Shown one piece after another: positions 44,711 to 52,771 of a stretch of DNA of 64,000 nt. The stretch covers positions 42 through 64,041 of the forward strand of contig CAZINI010000010.1 of the NCBI GenBank assembly GCA_964540575.1. Reading direction: 5' to 3'. The DNA is from an uncultured Ruminococcus sp. (GTDB lineage: Bacteria > Bacillota > Clostridia > Oscillospirales > Ruminococcaceae). The translations under genes were made by a program, and so were the position numbers. Numbering within the stretch: the first letter of the stretch is position 1; each line of letters begins with the position of its first letter. The notes beneath the pieces are model-generated. The model was not told the DNA's origin. It ran no database searches and saw only the letters and a list, made by a program, of their open reading frames with translations.

Positions 44711-47080
44711 ATGAAACTTATAATCAGTGAAAAGCCGTCCACCGCAAGAACGATAGCTCACGCAGTGGGTGCAAGAGAAAAGATTTACGGTGAGGGAAAA
44801 GAGTATTGCTATAAAGGCAATGACTTTTTCGTTGTAAATGCGAGGGGACACCTTTACGGGCTGGGAATGCCGCAGGACTATGGGTACAGCAAGACTTACA
44901 AAATGGACGAGCTGCCTATGTTCCCCGAATTTGAGCTTTACCCCGAAGGCGAAGATACGGAAAATCTCCGTAATCTCATTGCATCGCTTATAAACCGTCC
45001 CGATGTGGACGAGCTTATCTGTGCGACCGATGCGGGACGTGAGGGAGAGCTTATTTTCCGTCATATTTATAACGCCAACAAATGCACAAAGCCCGTAAAA
45101 CGTCTTTGGACAAACTCAATGACGGACGAAGCTATTACAAAATGTATGGCAAATCTCCCGCCCGACAGCGATTTTGACGGAGAATATTATGCCGCACTTG
45201 CAAGGGAAAAATCCGATTGGATAATCGGAATGAACCTGTCCCGTCTTTATGGTATAAAGGATAACTACACTCACCGTATCGGACGTGTAAAAACTCCCGT
45301 TCTTGCCCTTATCGTTGACCGTGACAACGAGATAGACAGATTTGAAAAGGTGACTACATATCGCCTTGAAATGGAAAACGGTGCGGTATCGGAACAGATA
45401 TATACCTCAAAGGAAGAAGCCGAAAATGCAAGGGATAAATGCAGCGGAAAAGCTGTAAGTGTGCTGTCGGCAGTAATCGATGAGAAGCATATAAACAGAC
45501 CGCTGCTTCACAGCTTGACAACTCTCCAACAGGAAGCAAATAAGGTGTATGGCTTGACTGCAAAGCAGACACTTGAAGCTGCTCAGAGCCTTTATGAGAA
45601 CAAGCTGACGACCTATCCCCGTACCGATTGCAATTACGTTTCCGAGGATATGAGAGAACAACTTATCCGTGTGGTAAGCTGCATCGGAGAACGTTCCGAA
45701 TATGCGGACAGAGTAAACGGGCTGAACGCTGTGGGGCTTAATCTTGACGGCAGAGTTATAAACGACAAGGCAATGAGCGGTCACGATCATCACGCCATTA
45801 TCCCCGAAGCAAGCACAGCAAGCCTTGACAGCCTTTCCGACACGGAACGCAAGGTATACGGTCTTATCGTAAACCGACTGCTTTGTATTGCAGATAAACA
45901 GTATAGCTTCACCGAAACCAACTATACATTCTTTTGCGAAGATATTACATTCAATCTGAAAAAAGAAGTAACAAAAGAAATGGGCTGGAAGCAGTATGAT
46001 ACCGAACTTAAAAAATCGGAAAATTCCCCGGTGGGGAAAAATTCCCCGATGGGGAATTATGTAGAAGGAGAAACTTTCACAGCGGATAACATTTCCGTCA
46101 AGGAATGTGTTACCAAACCGCCCAAGCATTACACAGACGCAAGTTTGCTGTCGGTTATGAACAATATCGACAACAGAATAGACGATAAAGAACTGAAAGC
46201 AGCTGTAAGCGGCAAAGGCATTGGTACCGAAGCTACCAGAGCTGACATTATTGAGCAGCTAATTGCCGCAAAATATGCAGAGCGTAAGGATAAAAACATT
46301 ATTGCCACGGAATTTGGCAGAACCTTTATCGCTTCTATCCCCGATAACGTAAAATCTGTTGAGCGTACTGCGGAATGGGAACAGGTTTTTACCAACATAA
46401 AGGAAAAGGGCATTTCAGCCGAGCCTTTTATGGAAGATATAAAGGAATTTGTCCGTTCTGTCATTTGCTTTGAAAACAGCCCCACACGGCAGAGAACACC
46501 CGTTAATGTTCCCGAAGGCGGCAGTCAGCAGAGAACGGCAATAGGTATTTGCCCCCGATGCGGAAAGAATATTTACGAGGGTAAAATGAATTTCTACTGT
46601 GAAAGCGGCAAGGACGGCTGTGGCTTTACCTTGTGGAAGGAACCTAAATTTTTCAAGGACGTTATTTCTCCCGAAAAGGCTGAAAAGCTCATTGAGGGAA
46701 AAACGGTATCTTTAAAGGCTGAGAGCAAGGACGGAAAAATATATTCTGCCGACTACAAATTGAATGATACGGGAAAGTATGTAAATCTTGAACGTATCAA
46801 GACGGAAAAAGAAGTCATCGGAAAATGTCCGAGGTGCGGAAAGAATGTTTACGAGGGCAAGTTGAATTTCTACTGTGAAAGCGGAAAGGACGGCTGCGGT
46901 TTTGCGATTTGGAAGGAGGACAAGTACAACGGTATAACCGTTACCGCACAGAACGCAAAGGAACTGCTTGAGGGCAAGAGTATTGTCAAGACAAAAAAGA
47001 AATTATCGGGAGAAAACGTTCGTGAGCGTTACAAACTGAAGGATACGGGTAAATATATAAATCTTGAAAAGGAGCAGTAA
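44711..47080 (+). CDS. topB: DNA topoisomerase III with two C-terminal zinc-ribbon repeats
   Basis: Toprim N-terminus (MKLIISEKPS...), DAGREGELIFRH, TTYPRTDC active-site Tyr context, and two copies of CPRCGKN(I/V)YEGK(M/L)NFYCESGKDGCGF. Carries the tandem palindrome in frame. Confidence 0.9.
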   Translation: MKLIISEKPSTARTIAHAVGAREKIYGEGKEYCYKGNDFFVVNARGHLYGLGMPQDYGYSKTYKMDELPMFPEFELYPEGEDTENLRNLIASLINRPDVDELICATDAGREGELIFRHIYNANKCTKPVKRLWTNSMTDEAITKCMANLPPDSDFDGEYYAALAREKSDWIIGMNLSRLYGIKDNYTHRIGRVKTPVLALIVDRDNEIDRFEKVTTYRLEMENGAVSEQIYTSKEEAENARDKCSGKAVSVLSAVIDEKHINRPLLHSLTTLQQEANKVYGLTAKQTLEAAQSLYENKLTTYPRTDCNYVSEDMREQLIRVVSCIGERSEYADRVNGLNAVGLNLDGRVINDKAMSGHDHHAIIPEASTASLDSLSDTERKVYGLIVNRLLCIADKQYSFTETNYTFFCEDITFNLKKEVTKEMGWKQYDTELKKSENSPVGKNSPMGNYVEGETFTADNISVKECVTKPPKHYTDASLLSVMNNIDNRIDDKELKAAVSGKGIGTEATRADIIEQLIAAKYAERKDKNIIATEFGRTFIASIPDNVKSVERTAEWEQVFTNIKEKGISAEPFMEDIKEFVRSVICFENSPTRQRTPVNVPEGGSQQRTAIGICPRCGKNIYEGKMNFYCESGKDGCGFTLWKEPKFFKDVISPEKAEKLIEGKTVSLKAESKDGKIYSADYKLNDTGKYVNLERIKTEKEVIGKCPRCGKNVYEGKLNFYCESGKDGCGFAIWKEDKYNGITVTAQNAKELLEGKSIVKTKKKLSGENVRERYKLKDTGKYINLEKEQ
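46022..46058. repeat. palindrome copy P9 (tandem: AATTCCCC-GGT-GGGGAA + AATTCCCC-GAT-GGGGAATT)
   Basis: Read directly. In frame in topB as NSPVGKNSPMGN. The 43-nt block 46019-46061 is identical to 59494-59536. Confidence 0.95.
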
Positions 47081-47081
47081 T

Positions 47082-48488
47082 ATGACTCTCTATGAAAAAA
47101 TCGGAAACGATGAAAGCATATTGACAACTCTTTATCGGTATATGATCGCCGCAAAAGTATTTGGCATTGAGGACGATGACATACAGGTCAACAGACTGCC
47201 CGATAACATTATTAATGACATACGCCTTGACGATTACAATCACGGGCTTAACGGTCTTGTGATGCTTTACGGTGCGGGCTTTTTGGACGATGAAGCTTTT
47301 TGTATGATAGTCAAGAGCAATCTTGATATGTCAGCTGATATTTCCGAAGCGGAGAACAGAGTTATTGAAGATAATGAAAAATCCCCCGAAGAAAGATTAA
47401 GCGGCGGGCAAGTCAAAAACGCTTTGCTCTGTGCCGCATATTCAAAGAAATATCCTGCTTTTCAGACGATCGGCTTCGAGGGTGCATTGACTGCCCTTGC
47501 TCTCCCGCACATAGCAATGAAGAACGGTTTGCTTAGAGCAAAGGACAAAGAGTTTTTCAAATTTATTGCGGAGCTTGAAAAACCAATGGGATATATTGAT
47601 GAATGCGGAGAGCTGTATATTGAATCGTCTGAAAATCTGCTGCGGCTGTCGGATGAGGAAGATTTCGACCCGTGTTCCGACAATTCTCCGATACTTATAA
47701 GCATTTGCGACATTATCGGAATATCAAAGGTATACGATCTGCCTTACGGCAAGGACTATATATGTTGGGCAAACGCCAATGAAATGCAGTTGAATGCAGA
47801 CACTGACGGATATGATGCATACCTGAAAAAGACCAAGCTGCATTTTAATATCAGAAGCTATACAAGAAAACGAAATATTTGCGGTGAAGCTGTCAATTGG
47901 TTTGATTACACGGCGTTTTTGGACGGGAGCATTTCGGAAGAACTGCAAAGCGATCACGAAAAGTCTATCGACTTGCAGCTGTCGGACAATTACAGCGATG
48001 AAGAGCTTGTGCTAAAGGCAGCGGCAAAATTCAGAGGAATATATACGCTGGAGGATAGAACGATTATCGAAGTTTATCAGAACGAAAAAGAATACCTGTT
48101 TATGCTTAGCGGTTCCGAAATACAGCCTGTGGATAAGGTCGAATTTCATAAGCAGCTTTTTGATTTCGACAAGCTTTGGAGCATTATACAGATGTGTTCC
48201 CGGAACGGACAGCTGAGAAAGGTAAATGACCGCATTGTTATCCCCGAAGAAGTATGGAACGAGATACAGCCCGATGACCGTGAGTATGCTCTGAGGATCA
48301 TCAGAGAGCAGTATCGCATAATGACGGCAAGGCGGAAAAACAACAAGCTGCTGCAATCTCTTGGAGATCTGAAATCAGCGGCAGCAGCCGAACGGCGGAG
48401 AAAGGAGGAAATCGAAACCGCACGAAATACCAGATTGGAAGAATTGGAAGCAAAGAAACGCAACAGAAAATCAAGTACGGAGGATTGA
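47082..48488 (+). CDS. hypothetical protein (468 aa)
   Basis: ATG 47082 behind AAGGAG. No motif recognised. Basic coiled-coil tail. Confidence 0.6.
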   Translation: MTLYEKIGNDESILTTLYRYMIAAKVFGIEDDDIQVNRLPDNIINDIRLDDYNHGLNGLVMLYGAGFLDDEAFCMIVKSNLDMSADISEAENRVIEDNEKSPEERLSGGQVKNALLCAAYSKKYPAFQTIGFEGALTALALPHIAMKNGLLRAKDKEFFKFIAELEKPMGYIDECGELYIESSENLLRLSDEEDFDPCSDNSPILISICDIIGISKVYDLPYGKDYICWANANEMQLNADTDGYDAYLKKTKLHFNIRSYTRKRNICGEAVNWFDYTAFLDGSISEELQSDHEKSIDLQLSDNYSDEELVLKAAAKFRGIYTLEDRTIIEVYQNEKEYLFMLSGSEIQPVDKVEFHKQLFDFDKLWSIIQMCSRNGQLRKVNDRIVIPEEVWNEIQPDDREYALRIIREQYRIMTARRKNNKLLQSLGDLKSAAAAERRRKEEIETARNTRLEELEAKKRNRKSSTED

Positions 48489-48492
48489 GTAT

Positions 48493-48804
48493 ATGAAAGT
48501 TTTTATTAAGGAATACTGCCGTGACGTTGCTATAAGGATATACGGCACAGATGGAGATGAACGGACACAGGAGTTTTTCGAGCGTTATTTTAAGAACGTT
48601 GAGGGCGTTTACGAAACGACAGAGGAAGAACACACGGAGTACCATTCGGACGCATTGTACACAATAACAAAGGCAGATTACTATAATTTTTTGGCACAGC
48701 AGCTTGAAAATATCCAGAGGGGCATTGATGAGGTTGCCGAAGCTCTTGCAAGAGGAGCAACAATTGAGCAGTATATTTTCAATGGCTGCTGCTATGTGAT
48801 ATAA
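48493..48804 (+). CDS. hypothetical protein
   Basis: 103-aa ORF behind ACGGAGGA. Confidence 0.55.
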   Translation: MKVFIKEYCRDVAIRIYGTDGDERTQEFFERYFKNVEGVYETTEEEHTEYHSDALYTITKADYYNFLAQQLENIQRGIDEVAEALARGATIEQYIFNGCCYVI

Positions 48805-48823
48805 AATTCCCCGGTGGGGAATT
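48805..48823. repeat. palindrome copy P10 (AATTCCCC-GGT-GGGGAATT)
   Basis: Read directly. Begins immediately after the stop at 48804, with an 18-nt gap to ATG 48842. Confidence 0.95.
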
Positions 48824-48841
48824 TAAGAGGGAGGAATAAGT

Positions 48842-50728
48842 ATGACCGAACAGGAAATGATCGCACAAATTGAGGAACGTCTGAGAAGTGAGTTTCAGGC
48901 GAAGCTTTCCGAGATGGAAAACAAGCTGAACAGCTTAAATGAAAAAGTACAGACCATAGAGCATTTTGTTGCGGCTATGAGTGCCGCACAGGATTTTGAA
49001 CAGACGATGGCTGAAATAGAAAGTGTAACAAAGCAGCTTACCGACTGTGAAAAAGCAACATTCTATTGCTATGACAGTTCCAATGATAAGTTTTTCTCTA
49101 ACGGAGATTATCGCAATTGGGCGGAGGAGCAGTCGGCAGATGACATAAAAAAAGCATTTGAAAGCAAGGAAATATTATCCGACAGCAAGGAAGCGGTGAT
49201 ACCGCTTGTGTCTGCAAGCGGCAGTTCGTTGGGAGTTATTGTCGCTGAAAAGGAAAACGGATTTACTTCTAAGGATTATGATAATTTCAGTCAGGGTTGT
49301 CAGATAGTGAATACTGTGGAGCTTGCTTTGAAAAAAGAGTTTGAGCATCAAGGTAAAATTACAGATGAGCTTACTCACCTTAAAAACAGGCAGGGACTTA
49401 ACGATTATTTGCATCATACTCTTTGCGGCAATATAAATAACGGCAAGGAAATAAGTATCCTTATGTGTGATATTGACCATTTCAAAAACGTCAACGATAC
49501 ATACGGACACGATGCAGGCGATATTATCCTCAAGGGCGTTGCGGAAGTATTGCAGGAAGGAACAAGGTCGGGAGCTGACTGTGCTTTCCGAATGGGCGGC
49601 GAAGAAATGGTGTGTATCCTGAACTGTCCTCCCGAAAAGGCGATGGACATTGCAGAGCGGCTGCGGGAAAAGGTAGAGAACACAGTACATCATATTGCCG
49701 TGAATAATGAACCTGTTGATGTCAAGGTAACAGTATCAATGGGCGTCCACAATATGCAGAAGCCTGATGTCGAGATGACTCCCGAAAATGCAAGACAGTT
49801 TTTTGATGAGCAATTCAAAAATGCGGATAAGGCGGTCTATGAAGCAAAAGAAACAGGCAGAAACAAGGTGATTTCAGCCGATGAGAACGTCTATATTGCG
49901 TACCTTGCAATGAAAGCTGCGGAAATTTTATGCAGCGATGATCGAACCAATGCTGATGATGTTAGGCAGCAGACAGTGAATTTGCTTACTGTCGGTGATC
50001 TTGAAACGATTACGGAAGCATTGCAGGCACATATTGAGGAACACCCGGATATGTCAGCGGCGGCAGAGAGCTTAATTACAAAGCTGGTAGATCTGTCGCA
50101 GACTTATGTGAAGGAAGAACAGGGAATAGAAACGGAGGAGAATACAATGAATGAGCAGGAAAGCAAGGCACCGACTTATTTCAATAAGGACGCATTTCGG
50201 AATATTCGGAATAAGGAATATATCAATACCGATTCAAAGACGGCATATACGATTTCCTTAAAAGCTCAGGAACAGGGCATTGAACATTCCGTAAAATATG
50301 ACGGCAAGCAGTCGGCAGTTACGTTTGACGGCGTTAGGGATAAGGCGTTTGTCGAAGCTGTCAGAAAGGAATTCAATATCTCCGAAAAGACTGCCGAGAA
50401 GCCTGCTCCCGAACAAAGCAAGAGTGAAGCTCCAAAAGAAAAAGCCCCGACTTTTTTCAATAAAGAGGGCTATAAGGACATTCAGAACAAGACATTTATT
50501 CAGACCGACTCAAAGACAGCCTATGCGATCTCCAAAGAAGCTGCAAAGCAAGGTGTAGAACATTCCGTGAAATATTACGGCAAGCAGTCGGCAGTTACGT
50601 TTGACGGCGTTAGGGATAAGGCGTTTATTGATACAGTAAAAAGTATGTCCGATTGGGCTGATAAGGTACAGGTCAAGGCTATCCGTGAGAAAGCACAGAC
50701 CGCACAGACGAAAAACGATGCAAGGTGA
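48842..50728 (+). CDS. GAF-like + GGDEF diguanylate-cyclase-type protein with two C-terminal about 70-aa repeats
   Basis: GGDEF domain (LTHLKNRQGL, CDIDHFKNVNDTYGHDAGD, RMGGEEM at 49595-49609). Preceded by a coiled coil and a GAF-like region. Followed by duplicated APT(Y/F)FNK...DSKTAY(T/A)IS...G(I/V)EHSVKY.GKQSAVTFDGVRDKAF modules. Confidence 0.8.
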   Translation: MTEQEMIAQIEERLRSEFQAKLSEMENKLNSLNEKVQTIEHFVAAMSAAQDFEQTMAEIESVTKQLTDCEKATFYCYDSSNDKFFSNGDYRNWAEEQSADDIKKAFESKEILSDSKEAVIPLVSASGSSLGVIVAEKENGFTSKDYDNFSQGCQIVNTVELALKKEFEHQGKITDELTHLKNRQGLNDYLHHTLCGNINNGKEISILMCDIDHFKNVNDTYGHDAGDIILKGVAEVLQEGTRSGADCAFRMGGEEMVCILNCPPEKAMDIAERLREKVENTVHHIAVNNEPVDVKVTVSMGVHNMQKPDVEMTPENARQFFDEQFKNADKAVYEAKETGRNKVISADENVYIAYLAMKAAEILCSDDRTNADDVRQQTVNLLTVGDLETITEALQAHIEEHPDMSAAAESLITKLVDLSQTYVKEEQGIETEENTMNEQESKAPTYFNKDAFRNIRNKEYINTDSKTAYTISLKAQEQGIEHSVKYDGKQSAVTFDGVRDKAFVEAVRKEFNISEKTAEKPAPEQSKSEAPKEKAPTFFNKEGYKDIQNKTFIQTDSKTAYAISKEAAKQGVEHSVKYYGKQSAVTFDGVRDKAFIDTVKSMSDWADKVQVKAIREKAQTAQTKNDAR

Positions 50729-50732
50729 GAAT

Positions 50733-50768
50733 AATTCCCCGGTGGGGAATTTTTCCCCGTTGGAAATT
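50733..50768. repeat. palindrome copy P11 (perfect AATTCCCC-GGT-GGGGAATT plus a degenerate second unit TTCCCC-GTT-GGAAATT)
   Basis: Read directly. 4 nt after the stop at 50728; the degenerate unit ends 16 nt before TTG 50785. Confidence 0.9.
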
Positions 50769-50784
50769 GAAAGGACTGATTGTT

Positions 50785-51996
50785 TTGGAAATAAGCAAGA
50801 GGGATAGGTATCTGGCAAGTCAAGTAAGTATTATGGAATATTTGCAGTCGCACGGCTATACTTGCAAACGTGCCGGCAGTCAGTTCATTTTTCCCGAAAT
50901 CGGGGACAGTTTCACTGTCAGTCCCGAGAAAAACAGCTTCTATTGGTTTTCTCATTCCATAGGCGGCGGTCCCGTGCAGTGTTTGCAGGCTGCTTTCGGA
51001 ATGGACGAGGAAACGGCAATAAAGGAATTGGCAGGGGATACACAGCTTATAAAACCAAAGTCGGTTGGAACAGCCGTTGCAGACGAAAAGAAAGAATTTG
51101 TTATGCCCGAAAGGGCAGATAACTGCAAAAAGGTGTATGCTTATCTCATTAATCAGCGGCAATTATCGCCAAAGATCGTAAGTGATTTCATAAAACAAGG
51201 TGTTTTATATCAGGGCTTTACTCAGGCTTCGGGAGGGAAGCGTGAAAATGCTGTATTTCTGCACCTGAACGAGAGCGGGAAGCCTTGCGGAGCTGACGTG
51301 CAGGGATTGTATTCTTCGGTGAAATTTAAAGGAGTAATTCCCCACGATGACACTGATAAAGGCTTTGTGTACAACAAGGGAAATCCGAAAAAAGCGGACA
51401 CGGTTTATCTGTTTGAAGCTCCGATAGACTTAATGTCATTCGTTGAGCTGCACCCTGAGATAAAGAATGCGAAGTTTGTTGCAATGGGCGGTTTGAAGCC
51501 GTCCATTGCCGCACACTACATTGATGACCCAGAGCTTAAAGTCGTTTCCTGCGTTGATAATGACACGGCGGGAATGGCGTTTAACAACCGTATTCTAAAA
51601 TCTAAGATGAAACAGAGTCTTTCATTGGATGGCGAGGGCATAAAGTCAACCACCTGTCGGGACAGAGAACCGCCTATTGAATATCTGGAAGCGGAAGTCA
51701 ATGGCAGACACTGCTCCTTTTTTCTCAGTGCCGAGGACTATCGGGACGCTAATAAGACAGCCGATATTCCAATATCTTCGGCTTTTCTGTGGTGTAACCG
51801 AAGCAATTATACGGTCAACAAGGAGTGTGCGGAAGCAGGCGTTAAGGATTTTAACGAGCTGCTATGTTTGAGAAAATCACCGTCTGCAAGGGATTTTGTG
51901 ACCGAAGTCAGGAAAATGTCCGATTGGGCAAATAATGTACATAATTATGTCAAGGAGAAAAACGATGCCAATAGAGAGCAACCCATTAAAACGTAA
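50785..51996 (+). CDS. DUF3991 + Toprim domain protein (conjugative primase-like)
   Basis: N-terminus IMEYLQSHGYTCKRAGSQFIF...DSFTVSPEKNSFYWFSHSIGGGPVQ; Toprim VYLFEAPIDLMSF ... VSCVDNDTAG. The start is uncertain (TTG 50785 behind GAAAGGA). The track start at 50725 would translate the palindrome. Confidence 0.7.
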   Translation: MEISKRDRYLASQVSIMEYLQSHGYTCKRAGSQFIFPEIGDSFTVSPEKNSFYWFSHSIGGGPVQCLQAAFGMDEETAIKELAGDTQLIKPKSVGTAVADEKKEFVMPERADNCKKVYAYLINQRQLSPKIVSDFIKQGVLYQGFTQASGGKRENAVFLHLNESGKPCGADVQGLYSSVKFKGVIPHDDTDKGFVYNKGNPKKADTVYLFEAPIDLMSFVELHPEIKNAKFVAMGGLKPSIAAHYIDDPELKVVSCVDNDTAGMAFNNRILKSKMKQSLSLDGEGIKSTTCRDREPPIEYLEAEVNGRHCSFFLSAEDYRDANKTADIPISSAFLWCNRSNYTVNKECAEAGVKDFNELLCLRKSPSARDFVTEVRKMSDWANNVHNYVKEKNDANREQPIKT

Positions 51997-52171
51997 TATT
52001 TCCGTATCAAGGCAGATACAGGCACTTACCGAGGAAAAGGAAAAATATCAGCAATATTGGCAGGAAAAAAAGATAGAGCTGGAGCGGATAGAGTCTGACA
52101 TATCACAGATAGATGCTCAGATAGCCAATATTCTTGCGAGAAACAGGTCAAGGAGGAAAAATATAAAATGA
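51965..52171 (+). CDS. small coiled-coil protein
   Basis: 68-aa ORF. ATG is 7 nt after AAGGAG. Confidence 0.45.
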   Translation: MPIESNPLKRNISVSRQIQALTEEKEKYQQYWQEKKIELERIESDISQIDAQIANILARNRSRRKNIK

Positions 52172-52482
52172 ATACAGATAATGCAGCAGTAAAGACCGAT
52201 AAAAGAGCCGAAAAGCTTAAAGCTCTTCGTGAAAAACGGGAAAAGGCAGTAAACGCACAGAGTGCTGCCGAAAAGAAAACAAAAGAAATAAATGCACAGA
52301 TAGCCAAAATCGAAAAGGAGATACACAACGATGAGATACGTTCCCTTGATGATTTCTGTTCGGGAAAGGGAATAAGCTATGCCGAATTAATGTGCTTTCT
52401 TTCCGGCTTATGCGAAAAAATGACATTGAGTGATGCGGCAGCCCTGCTTGAAATTGAGGGCTTTGGAAAGGAGAAGCAGTGA
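52168..52482 (+). CDS. coiled-coil hypothetical protein
   Basis: 104-aa ORF with an ATGA overlap with the upstream gene. Confidence 0.5.
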   Translation: MNTDNAAVKTDKRAEKLKALREKREKAVNAQSAAEKKTKEINAQIAKIEKEIHNDEIRSLDDFCSGKGISYAELMCFLSGLCEKMTLSDAAALLEIEGFGKEKQ

Positions 52483-52483
52483 T

Positions 52484-52771
52484 ATGAATAAATGCTTTTT
52501 ACAGGGAGTGATCTCAAAAGCTCCCGTACAAACAGGCGATAATGTATTTGGCAGATTTGTTTTCACCATCATTCCGAATGGCAAAACTGAGGAAATCGAA
52601 GCTGTCGCTTGGACTTACAGAGGTTTCGGCAAACGCTACAAGTCTGGGGATAAGGTCGTTGTTATAGGCGAGAAACGCACCCGAAAAATACCCACCGACA
52701 ACGGCGTAAAATGTGTGCCGATAGTAGTTGTGGACAGCATTACGGCAAACAAGGAGGAGCATAACGTATGA
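52484..52771 (+). CDS. OB-fold, SSB-like small protein (tentative)
   Basis: 95-aa ORF behind AAAGGAGAA. The pattern CFLQGVISKAPV...FGRFVFTI...EIEAVAWTYRGFGKRYKSGDKVVVIGEKR resembles an SSB OB-fold. Confidence 0.4.
   Translation: MNKCFLQGVISKAPVQTGDNVFGRFVFTIIPNGKTEEIEAVAWTYRGFGKRYKSGDKVVVIGEKRTRKIPTDNGVKCVPIVVVDSITANKEEHNV

Noticed and set aside
51343-51352. Half-site AATTCCCCAC inside the primase-like gene
   Set aside because: Only the left arm is present and the downstream bases (GATGACACTG) cannot pair. A single 10-mer half-site is not distinguishable from chance or coding constraint.
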